Assembly: GCA_964016885.1 (NCBI GenBank)
Contig: OZ024755.1
Location: 14,136,001-14,200,000, forward strand
Length of the DNA: 64,000 nt
From: Eledone cirrhosa
Taxonomy: Eukaryota
Direction: 5' to 3'
Numbering within the stretch: the first letter of the stretch is position 1; the number at the start of each line of letters is the position of its first letter. Below are positions 13,665-26,900 of this stretch, piece after piece. A program made the position numbers and the translations under genes. Below the pieces are notes generated by a model. The model searched no databases. It was not told the origin of the DNA and saw only the letters and a list, made by a program, of their open reading frames with translations.

Positions 13665-16600
13665 AACATACATTCTGTATTGAAAAATGAACATAAAATG
13701 ATATCGAAGTAGCAAATACTTGTCTGGCAAATGACTTGATCTGAGACCTTATGTTGAAATTAAAGCAATTAAAGAGTCATTTTAGCAATTGGAAAACCCA
13801 CAAAAATTTAACATCATTTTACATTGACAGGAAATAAATGATAAATGTAACATGAAGTTAACAGTTTTGTTTTTGTGTGTTTCTGAAAGGTTAACATGAT
13901 TCTTTATCGGCGTAATTGCTATACATACATCATCATCATCATTGTTTCATATCTATTTCCCATGCTTGCAAGAGTTAGACAGGTCAAGTAACCACGTCTT
14001 GTTCATTTTCAATAGAGTTTTCTAACACTAACCACATTAAAGCATGTATTGGGAGCTTTTTCTAAGCACCAGCACTACCACTTTACAGAGTGGACTGGAT
14101 GCTTTTTGTCATGGCACAAGTACGACCACCTTACAGAGTGGTTGTGCTGGTGGCACAAAAAAACAAAACAAAACAAAGCAAAGCACACACTCCATCCTGT
14201 AAGGTGGTCCTGCTAGTGATACTAAAAAAAAGCACCCAGTCCAACCTGTAAGGTGGTCATGCTGGTGACATGGCAAAAAGCGTCCAGTCCACCTTGTAAA
14301 GTGGTCGTATGATGACATGATGTAAAAGCACCAAGTCTACTCTATTAGTTAAATAACAAAAGAAGAAAACAATAATAAAACCATGTAATAAAGTGTACTG
14401 ACCTTTGGTAGTTGAATATTTATTTAATGTGTTGGCGGCCCCAACAGATTGGTAATCGGCCAGCTTTTTACCAATATTGATAGGGAGAGTGGAGTATTTC
14501 GATGAGGTTTCATCTTCCTGCAAGATAGGCACAGTTGATCTCATTAGTGGATATCATCATCATCATTATTACCATCATAACTACCAACACCACCACCACT
14601 ACTACCATGATCATGACCATCATAACTACCATCCTCATCATGATCATCATTACTACCATCACAGCCACCATTGTGCTCATGACCATTGCTGCCATCATTA
14701 TCCTCATTACCACTATCACTACCATCAACACAACAACCACCTTTGTCATCACCACCATCATTAACACACAACCACAACTATTACCATCAACATCCTCTTC
14801 AACACCAGCACCACAACTACCACATCACCATCACCACCAACACCACCCTCACAATTACCACAACCATTACTATACACCATTATCGCTAACAACATCATCA
14901 TCACTATCCTGTGTTTCAATTTATTAAGATTCTAATTGAAATAATTTTTTTTTTCATTTTTAAATTAATTATCTTAAATACCTAATGTTCAAAATAAAAA
15001 TCCAAAGAACATTCTCTTTAAAATGCATCAAAAAAAGCTAAAGGCCTTTTTTTTTAAATCCTTATTTAAACAATAAATACTTTGGTCTCCTGACAACACA
15101 ACAATATGTGTCTCACTCTCTATGAAATGAACAGTAAAATTGAATACATGCCATCATTATCAAAATCAAACTCAATAACAAAATACACATGATCATGTGA
15201 TTTCCACAATGCTGACTTTACAGCAGGTGCAGTTATACAACCTAGAATTAATAAAGGTCAAAGGTCATATTAGAATTTGATTTTTTTGTTTAGAATACAT
15301 GAAATTTTTCCATGCATTTCCTTTTCCAGCAATTATAATATATCTGACTGAATATTCCTTTTCCATACAGCATAATATTCCTTTCTCTCTCTCTAAATGA
15401 TTGACAAGATCCCAGGCCTTATTCGCTTACTGAGTGGGGTGGAACTCATCAAATCATGCCAAGAAAACAATATTTCCATTCGTTTTATTATATACTGGTC
15501 GCAACTTCTGGTAGAAAGAGCAATGCGAAATAAAGTGTCTTGCTCAATGACATAACGCATCAGCTGGTCCGGGAATCAAACTCAAACTTCACTATTGCAA
15601 ATCCATTTCTCTAGCCACTAAGCCATGCACCTTCACAACATAATATTATATTATAGAAAGGTCAGTGAATATTATACATAAGATTTCCTCATCTATAATT
15701 AGGAGTGTGCAATATTGTAATTGTGCCACAACAAAAAACGCACCCAATTCACTCTGTAAAGAAGTCATTCTGGTGTCACAACAAAGAAGCACCCAATTCA
15801 CCCTCTAAAATGGTCATTCTGGTGCCATAACAAAAAAGCACCCAGTTCACCTTGTAAAGTGGTTATCCTAGTGCCACAACAAAAAAACACCCAGTTCACT
15901 CTGTAATGAGGTCATACTGGTGCCACAATAAAAAGCACCTAGTCCAACATGTAATGTGGTGGTAGTGCCACGAAAAAGGGTCTTAGTACATGCTGTAATG
16001 TGCTTGGCATTAAGAAGGACATCTCGCTGTAAAACACCAAGCCAGAAACAGACCATATGAGCAAAATGTGGTCACCTTTTTCCCATGCATTATAATACTA
16101 TAGACGAGTTAGTACATATATATACAATCTTAGATAGAAATAATTCAATAATTCTAAATTTTAGGAAATCCCTCTAAATTCTTCATTAAATATTTCAAAT
16201 ACAGTGTATATTATTAGAAAAATGAGTGATGCAAGGGTTAAACCCTAGACATATTTTTACTCACAGCCCCATAAATCCAAGTAACAGAATAAGCTGCCTA
16301 TCCCCACCCATGCCATTGTGCCTGCAGCAAATTATTTTTAAAAATTCACTAATAAACACCCTGAGTAAATAAAAACTTTTTAAATGTTTCAACTTTATCA
16401 ACATTTTTATATAATTGCCAGCAATAAATATGGAATGGGTGATGTTTAAGAGGCTGTAAAATAATGTTGTACACTTGAGAATATAAAATCAAATTTTTAA
16501 TAAATTATGAAATTTTTACTAAAATGAAAAACAAACAAGATATCAATATTAAGATATAAATATATATATACACACACACACACATATATATAGAGAGAGA

Positions 16601-19600
16601 GACGTTAAACGATGATGATGGTATCATTTTATATATATATATATAACTGATGAAGGACTAATTTTATTCATATATATATATGATGATGATGATATTAACC
16701 CAACAGATATAAATATATACAGCAAACAACAAATTAAAACCTTAATGGCAAAAATAAACTTAACTAAATATTTACTTCACATAGATACCAAATACATTAG
16801 CCATGAGGTATGGTTAAAAGCAATCTATACCCAAAGTGCAATTCTCTAAGACTCGTGTCATCTATCCTGTTTTTTTTGTTTTTTTTCTTTGTTCAGTTAT
16901 TACACGTTTTCTTTTCCCTGACTACCAGGCCAATGATGTGTTTTCACAATTAGAAACACTGCAAGGCAGGGAAAAAGAAAAATTATATATCTTGTATTTA
17001 AAAAAAAATCTATTCCTGTCCTATTCCTACCCAATGTTTGTGTTGATCCTGAAAACTTGGTGATATTTCTGATATAACATTCATATACTATGTGATTACA
17101 TAAATATTTTCCTCTTCAATTATATTTTCACTACTAGTGAAGCAACAGAGTTGTTACAGCATCAGATTTAAAAATAGAAAAAAAAATGCTTCCTGGAAAT
17201 TGTTCTGGCTTCTTGCACTCTGGGTTGGAACCCCACCAAGGTCCAACTTTGCCTAACATCCTTTCAGAGTCGATAGATAAAATATCACTTCAGGATGGAG
17301 AATTAACGGGATTGTTAGAACATCAGGCATAAGGCCTTACGATGGAATTTTCAGACTTTTGCATTCTGTGTTTGCCTGCAAAATTACTGGTGCCGAGCTG
17401 TATCTGCCTTTGATTTTCCCTTGGATAACATCGATGGCATGGGGAGAGATGAATCACATGTATATGAGTGACTGAACACCTTGCCAATGCTTATGCCTCA
17501 GAAAAGGAACTTAACAGTATACTGGATATATTCTATTGTGGAACCAACACTACCACTTTATAGAGTGTACTGGATGCATTTTACAATGACATCAACACTA
17601 CAACTTTATAGTAAAACCATGCCAAAACGTATAAAAAGGAAAATTACAAGGGGGAGACCCTCCCTCAACCCTGAACACATCCTACCTCCCAGCAATTAGA
17701 TAGAAATAACAATACTTACAGTGAGGGGGTAATCATCAAGACTAATTGAATCAGTATCATCTCCAAGAGCCAAGGATACTTCACTGATGTTCTTCAAAGT
17801 TGAATCAATTTCCTTCAAATGAGCAACACAAAACAATTTGTAAATTACATAATCAATAACAATACTATTAACAATCAATATTAATAATGGTTTCTGATTT
17901 AGGCACATGGACAAATATAATAATGATTTCTTTATTAACCACAAGGGTCCATATTAAAGAAAATATTAAGGACAGCACAGGTTGGTACAAAGCAAGTTTC
18001 TGCGTGTAAAGAAATATAAACAAAAACAAGGAGAAAAAATTTTAATGAAAGAAAATTTCCCAATAGTGGGGAAATCAATAGACAACAATTTAAATATAAA
18101 AATCACTACAGTGTGTAAGTACTTAATCACACAACTATCAAAATAACTATCAACATTGATTTATAATCCTATTTAGCTCCTTGATATCACACACTGTCTA
18201 TGTTACTTCTCATTCATATCCATTTTTACATTAAAATGATGGTGCTAGTGATGATGATGAGGAGGAGGGTTAATGACAATAATCACAACAATGATAGTTG
18301 TAGCAGTGATGATGGTGCTGGTAGTGTCGATGATCATCACAATGATGCTGCTGCTGTTTGTGGTTGTGTATCAAGACTTTCCTGATTATTTAATATGAAA
18401 CAGTTCTACTATGTAAAATAAAGATGCCTATAGTCTACTAACGTATTGAGTAACTTAGAGAGAAACAGACACATGTATACAGAAACAGACACACACATAT
18501 GTACACACACACTGGGGGACACAAACAGATACATTTATACAGGAACACAGACAGAAACAAAGACACACACACACACACACACACAGTGAAAAACACACAA
18601 ACATTGAAGAACAAAGTAGATAGCCAAAATCCTATTTACATTTAAATTCAGGGCACTGGCCAGCCGACGTCCAGAGAAACCATTGCCACGGCCCAAAGTG
18701 CCAACAGATGATCCTGAGCCTTCCCTTGCAAAAGGACTCAAACCATTTGCTACACTTGACAGAGTTCTTTTCAGCTGAGCTGGTGTTTTGCTAAATGAAA
18801 ATGCTCGACCAACTCTTTTCCCGATTCTGCAAATAGAAATTAGATAAAATTATGTAAATATATAAATATATTCCATTTTACTAATGAGTAGTGAAAAAAA
18901 ATAAAAGAATGATATGCAATATTCTTTAAAGAAAGAAAGGAGATTTAAATATTTTATTTCCTCTTATACAAGTTACATAACTTTTGAAATTTCCATTAAA
19001 ATATCAGAACAAAATGTGCTACACTGCAGTTTATATGTTATAAATGTGTTTCTTAGTTTATAGGTTTTGTTAGCCTCCACAACTATCTCCAGATCATCTC
19101 TCTCTTTCTCCCTATCTTTGAGTATGTCCCTCTCTCTCCTTCCATATTTTTGCCTGTTCTTCCTTATATCTCTCTTCCAGTGTTTCCCCCCTCTCTCTCT
19201 TTCTCTGTGTCTTATATCTCTCCCTGTGTTTCCTCCTCCTCTCTCTCTCTCTCTTTCTTTCTCCGTCTCTTCTGTATCTTCCATGTGTCTCTCCCTGTAT
19301 CTCCCCTCTCTCTGTATGTCTCCACCACTCTCCCTGTCGCCCCCTTTCTTTTTCTGTGTCTTTCATCTCTCTCCCTCTCTTATGTTACCAACAGTAAACC
19401 AACCATGAACAGAACAGTAGAGAGAGATAGAGATGCCAATTTGCAGGTTAAGTAGCCTGAAACCAGTCAAATGATATGCAAATTATATAATAATGCAACA
19501 TAATGCCTTTGCTACTGTATCAACTGCTGGCATTTCAATCAGTCAGTCACTGTGACTACTTCACATTTTAAAGCATAAATACATTTTAAATTGATATAAA

Positions 19601-20355
19601 TTTTCAGCTTTTCAAACAGTTTAAATGGTCGTTTCTACACAGAACCAGTCTTTCATAAAACTGCAGTCATCTATATATATATATATACATTGATGAGGTT
19701 ATAGTGAATATTTGCCATAAACCCGTTTGCTCACAATTACGCATTCAATGAGATATAGTTTGAACGTGTGTTGAACAACTCTGTTTCAGAGTGCTAACCA
19801 AGTATATTAGTCATAATGTGGCATTTGCACTTATAAGTCTGGACCCAGGGTTTCTGCTAATACAGAAAGCTTCGATAAGTAGAATTTGCAACATATATAC
19901 ATATATATATATATATATAAAAGGGTATGGATATTCCAACAGGCACTAGGTACCTATAGAAATATGCAAGGTGTTTATAATATTTGTGGTTCGATGGTAC
20001 TAATTTGAGATACCAGAACAATAAAAATGAGCGGAGCAAGCAATTTTCAAACAATTCTTTAAATAAATAAAAAAAACGATTTAAATAATCACCTGTTCTG
20101 TTGCTGTTACCGACGGTTTCACCAATCCAAAGATTGGAAACCCAGAGAATTTCCAATGAAAAGAATTAGATCTTCAGACAGCTTATTTCCATACTATAAG
20201 GTTGCTAATCTCACAGTAAGTCAATATTTCGCTTCCTGACTAACGTATGCAGTCAGGCCATTTTCCAGCCGGTAACAGCAACAGAACAGGTGATTATTTA
20301 AATCGTTTTTTAATTTATTTAAAGAATTGTTAAAAAATTGCTTGCTCTGCTCATT

Positions 20356-20386
<31 letters not shown>

Positions 20387-20931
20387 ATATATATTAAAGC
20401 TGTACGTAGATATCTCCCATCATTAATGAACCAAGACCCTGATGAATTTTTTATTATAGAGACAGGTCAGATCGATACAGATCAAAACTTCAGCTGATCA
20501 ATAGTGAAACGTGCATCACACCTGAATAAATTTAATGATGATAGTCTCACACATCGATCCTACTTATTTTTAATATTTGTTTCTACTTTTGGCACAAGGC
20601 CAGCAATTACCCAGTATATTACTGGCACTTTATTTTATTGACCGCGTAAGGATGAAAGGCAAAGTTAACCTCGACGGGATTTGAACTCAGACAGTAAAGG
20701 GACGTAACTATGCTGAAAAGCATGGCGTCTGAGCCTCTACCGATACTGCCAATTCACCGCACTTATTTTTAATATTACACTCTGCATATGAGGGAAACCA
20801 ACCATAGTTTAACACCAAATGTGTAACACCATATACAGACCCACCTACGCATCAAGTGCTCAAGTTGGTGAACCAACAGTAACATAAAGCTATATATAAA
20901 CGTGTGTGTGTGTGTGTGTGTGTGTGTATAC

Positions 20932-20978
<47 letters not shown>

Positions 20979-23900
20979 AAAAGAAATAACAAAGCCAACG
21001 AAACAGTACATTGAAGAAATATATTAGTTTAACGCTTGAAATAACAGGAAAAGTCTTCATGTTTCGTACACTTGCCCTTCATCAAAAGAGAGAGTTAGGA
21101 AAAGAAATTAAACTAGAAAGATAAAGAGAAGAGGAAGGAACGGCAGAAAAAAAGAGAAAAAAAAAGGGGGGGAGGACATGTGTATTCAGTCATTTATCAT
21201 CATCATTTCATTTTACGTCTGCTTTTTCCCTGCTTGCAAGGGTGGGACGGGAACTGATTTTGGCTTGGTTTCTACAGCTGGATGCCCTTCCTAACACCAA
21301 CCTCATTTACAGTGAGTGCTGGGTGTTTTTTTTTGCCGTGGCACCTCCACTACCACTTTACAGTGGAATGATAGGGACTCTCATTTCTACAGCTGAGTAA
21401 ACTGGAGCAATGTGAAATAAAGTGTCTTGCTCAAGGAAACAACACATCACCCGGTCTGAGAATTGAACTCACAACCTCTCGATTGCCAGCCCAATGCTCT
21501 AACCACTAAGCCATGTGCCTTATATATATATATTCACACACACATACATACATATGGAATACTCAACCATGAATAATATAATACAAGATGGACTTTAGCA
21601 GTAATTCACACGTTCAACCTTGTTACATATTGTATCATGTGCTGTTTCCATAGGAAAATTACATTAAGGGTACATGCATCTGTGGAATACTCAGCCATGT
21701 ATATTTACAATACAAGACAGACTGTAGCTATACCACCTAACTTTATAGTAAGGTAAGTGTAAAACAATAAAACCTGATAAAACTATTGATATTCACACAT
21801 TGGCAAACAGTAACAAAGAATTTAAACAATGAAATATATTTTATGCCTCGAGCAAGTTGAGAAATCTAATATATCAGACAGAACAGAAATGTAAGGTGAA
21901 GTTGATGCTGTTTAACACCAAATCTGCTCTCTAATTACCCTATATATACTCGTATATAAGCAGCGAATTGTGTAACAATAAAAAATAAAAAAAATGATGG
22001 GGATGGGAGTGTTTATATTCGAGGTCAATATTTTGCTGATTGTTACTTTCGACATATTACTCAGGTTTCCTTTTCAACATGTAAAAAGAGGAGGAGGAGG
22101 AGGAAGAAGATGAAGAAGATTGAAGGAAGGAAATATTGAGGAAGATTAAAATGAAGAAATTAATTCAATAACATCATCATCATCATACCTAGACGCTCTG
22201 CTTCGTGTCAAATCCCTTGTGTCAATATTTAGTGTCTGGCCATCAACAGTGATGAAAAATTTCTCCTGGAAACACAACAAATAATTATTTATCACATTGG
22301 TGGTACAACGCCATAAGTTTGTAGAAGACGGTAGAGGGCAGGTAGTGGTACAGTTGGCAGCTGCTCTGCACCAGCGCTACCATTAAAATCAATTAGGCAG
22401 TCACCCATGAAGCAGACATCAGACAGGCACAGACCTCAGTGAGATACATCCCTTGAGGAGGGTCAGCTCTCCATGAGGCACAGACCTTAGAAAGGTGCCC
22501 CTTGGAGAGGTGCAGACCTCAGGGAGGCACAAACCACGGGGAGGTGCAGACCTCAGAGAGGTGCATTACTGAACCTTAAAGGATCATAGCTTTATGCAAA
22601 GTTGTAGAATTAAATAAAAGATATAGAATTTTATTGTGATCAATAACTAAATCACTAAATAATTTTCAGTGTAGTAAGTAGTGATGTGGAAATATCCACA
22701 CGGTGGAGTGGGTGAGTGTGGACAGTGTAGTGGAAATGCCAGTTTTTTTTATTAGTATAACAGGAGAAAGAAAGTATATAGACCCTACATTGTCTCCAAT
22801 TTTCAAACACTTTTAGCCTCCAGTCTCACACCACATTTAATTTTAGTGTCGCAGTGCTTCTATCATGGTATATCGCCAATCAGTTTTTTTTCCTTTCATT
22901 TATTTTAGTTAACTACTCTTTACTTTTAGTTTATCATGCTCAGTGAATTCAAATCAATGGTTGACAATGTGTTTTGCCTCTGAGAAATACAGAAATACAC
23001 TTTACTCTGTAGTGTCTAAGTCTACCAAGTTGTCTGAAATAATTGTGAGCAGACAGTCTGGGAAATTGCATCAGTGATAGATCAGCCTCCTGTCCAAGAG
23101 ATTTATCTCCCACTCACATAACGCTATATAAACTACAATTAATTATTACTAACTCTATACATTTCTGGGATTTACAAACAACTTCACATATAATTCACTT
23201 ACAATCTATTCTTAATGCAACAGCTATTGCTCTGAAATCACATTTTCAAATTCAGAATACTATATACAGGGTATGGCTGTGTGGCTAAGAAATTTACTTT
23301 GCAATCACAGTTCCAGGTCTACTCCTACTGCGTGACAACTTGGACATGTGTCTTCTACTATAGCCTCAGGTTGACCAGCACCTTGTGCGAGAAATTTGGT
23401 AGACAAAAACTACGGAAACTCCTCTGTGCATGTGTGTGGTGTGTGTTTGTGGTGTGTGGTGTGTGTTTGTGATGCATGGTGTGTGTGTGTGTGCATACAC
23501 AGTAACTTAGTAGTTCAATACATAGAGAATAATGAAATGCATACCCAGACGTTAAAAAATAAGTACTGCTTATTTTAAAAAATTTATTTTTATCCAAAAA
23601 TCGTCCATCATAATTTTATGTAAGAACTGTTGTTAATTTATGCTCCAAAAACTAGCTTAGTAATAAGAAAGTTTGTTATATTACTAAATCCTGCCAAATT
23701 CTCTATTTTCAAAATTATTTCAAAATCATTCTTCCATTAGAAATATAGTAATGAAAGGGTTAAAAGGTATTAGGAGTTAAATTAGATAATTTTACTTACG
23801 TAATCGGTGCGGCACAAGGTATCAGCAATAGATCGACAAAGAAGCATCTGAAAATCACTCTTTGGAATATCACAGTCTATTTTAAAAGCATACCATTCAT

Positions 23901-26900
23901 CTTTGACACCATTGTTACAGGTGAGTCCAAAGGCATTATGACAAGCTGTGAAACAAAAAATATATCAATTCTAATGTTAATACTTCAAACAAAAAGCTTG
24001 TTCCAAACACTATCTTAATAATGAGAAAATTATTTTACTAAATCCCTCTAAATTTTTGTTTAGTTTCAAAATGATTTGAAAATTATAGGTAGTGCCTTTT
24101 ATAACAAATATGTTAACAGAAGATTTTAAAAGAAATAGAATATACTTGACAATTTAACATTTATTTCAACCTAGTTGAGTGTTACTCATAAGTCCAACAC
24201 CCTAACTCCTATGCCACATATCTTCATATTATTCTACAGAAGAATAAAAGAATAAAGAGATGAAAGAAGAAATAATTTTGAAATTAAACCAAAAGTGTGT
24301 ATCTTGAAATAGCCACTTACACTCTGTTTCCTTCATATCCAGCACAGCTTTTATAGAGTTTAATGGTAACAAAGCTAAATGTTTGAATGGTTTCTGTGGA
24401 GTTTTAAGGGTGGCAGGACTTTTAGTAACACTGTTCATGAACTTGATACGTTGTTTGCAGATCTTGAAAAAGAAAAAAAATGTGCAATTAACTGAGGGAG
24501 GAACCAGGTTTAAGAGCAATATGAGGTGGTGTGCAGGAAAGAAGACAGCATTGGTACAGACATGTAATGCGCACAGATGATTATAATGATTATAATTAAT
24601 AAAATATATTTTATTAGGTTAACATTATACAGAAAAGGACCAGCAATTGAGAGGGGACATTTTAATTTTATGTAGACAGTGTCCACTGCAGGTTAGTTTT
24701 ATGTAGTTTTATGAATATTTTACTCATTATATTTTGATATATATAGATAAACAATATTTTTCATTAAATTCCTCTCTCTCTCTCTCTTTCTATAGGGACA
24801 AGAGATCACCATCACATATCTCTCTCCCACACACAAAGTGACAGACACTTTACATCACAGAAACACCAACTTTAATATAACAGATAGGAGATCGATACTT
24901 ACAGAGAGATTATCACTAAAGAGAAAGAGAGATAAATGTTCTCCCCTGCGAATGTCAGGACTAGACAGTAGAATAACATCAACCCTCTTAAGGAAAGTTC
25001 GGTGTGAAGAAAGAAGATAAGGCTAAAAGAGAAAACACAAAAAAATATATATAATAAATACAAAATATAATAAAATACAGATAATCAATGAAAAAAATAA
25101 AATTCTAAATTTTATTGCCAGGATAAAATACACAATATACTCACTCTGAATAAAAATATACATCCAGCACACTCTGAAAAGTGGTAATGCAGGTGCCATG
25201 ATAAAACACACTTAGTACACACTGTAAAGTGGTTAGTATTAGGAAGTGCATCCAGCCATACAAACCATACCAAAATGGAACAGATGAGCAAGATGTGGTC
25301 CCCCTAACTTATATAGTCTCAGACTGTGCCAACCTGTCCAACCCATGCTAACATGGAAAACAGGAATATGATGATGATGATTCTAAGCACAAGGCCAGCA
25401 ATATGTGGAGAAGGGGAAATATCAACCCTAGTACCTGACTGGTATTTCATTTTATCAACCTCAGAAGGATGAAAGGTAGAGTTGCCTTCAGCAAGAATTG
25501 AACTCAAAATGTAAAGAGTAAGAACAAATATTTCTAAGCATTTGTCCGACACTCTAATGACTGACAATTTATAGATAAGTCTTCATCTTAGAAATTAGAA
25601 ATCCAGACATAATTAACAACTTGATTAATTAAATAAAAGAAATTAAGTGGTAATTCAAATACTTACAGGACAGCACTCGATATCGTTAAATAAGTCAAAC
25701 ATTTCCACTCTGTTTTCAGTCTTTTTCTTGTCTTCATTGATGTATCTAGGAATGGAAAATAGCCTCTAGATGTAATAATTAGCTGTAAAAATACCACTGC
25801 AAACATGGAAGATCAACTGAAGATACAACTAATCATAACACAGCCAAATTGAAATACCATCTTAACAAGAGCAGCAATGAATGAATGAATGAATGACCTT
25901 TAAATACAAATACAATGACATTTCAAAACGATTCTTAGATAATTTTCTTATACATTTATATAAAACCAACAGATTCAGAGTATTCTCCAAAACTGATTTG
26001 ACAATGGCACAATGCAACACCTTTGGAGGGGGGCACAGTCAACTAAAATGTGCTGCAATAAATACTTTAACTGAATAGTTTAACTAATAAATGTTAAATA
26101 TATACAACATAGTGTGAAATCAACAGAATTGATAAATTTTAATAGACAGTGCTGTGTGGTTGAGAATTTCACTTCACAACCATATGGTTTCAGCTTCTAT
26201 TCCACTGCTCAGCACCTACGGCAATGGTTTTACTACAATAGCTATAGCTTCAAACTGACCAATGTGATAGGGAGAAACTTTGAGGTAAAGCGGTTGGTGA
26301 TAGAAAGGGCAAGAGGACTGTTTGGGTGTGTCATAGATAGACATGACAACCTTCCCAGTCTTGGTGAAGTACATAATGAATGATCAACCAATACACTCTT
26401 GTAAAGTGGTTGGTGATAGAAAGGGAAACCATCTGCAGTAAATTTGCCAGCCAAAGGATGAGAGGACTCTACGGGCGTACCATAGACATGACAACTTTAC
26501 CAGGCACACAATAAATGATCACCCAGTGCACTGAGAGGACCCGTCAATATACATTGGCAAGCTTTCTAAAGCTGGATGCCTTTCTTAACACCACCAACCA
26601 TTTTACAGAGTGTACTGGGTGCTTTTATAAGACTTCTACAGTTTCCATCTATATCTATATAAACATTATTTAAACACACAACTATATATACAATAGTATC
26701 TAATCACACAACCATATGTATTAATACTTAAACACACAGCCATATATATATATATATATAGGACAGACTTCTACAGTTTCCATCTATATATATATATATT
26801 GAAAGAGAGAGAGAGAGAGAGATCAATATTACTTGACCACACGGCGACATATCAACATTATCTGACAACACAGTGATATATATATATACACACACAAACA

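Noticed and set aside
14477-14927. His-, Ile- or Thr-rich ORFs (also 9171-9640, 51994-52373, 54316-54585, 57653-57956, 27078-27565)
   Set aside because: Translations of tri- and dinucleotide microsatellites that are open in several frames.
15722-15975. Regularly spaced repeats resembling a CRISPR array
   Set aside because: Whole units are homologous with no unique spacers, the context is eukaryotic, there are no cas genes, and the unit derives from a retroposon tail.
16645-16660. CTGATGAAGG between TA repeats
   Set aside because: Truncated; no GAAA half.
20435-20525. CTGATGA ... gtGAAAcgtgcaTC
   Set aside because: Stems I and II do not pair convincingly; not called a ribozyme.
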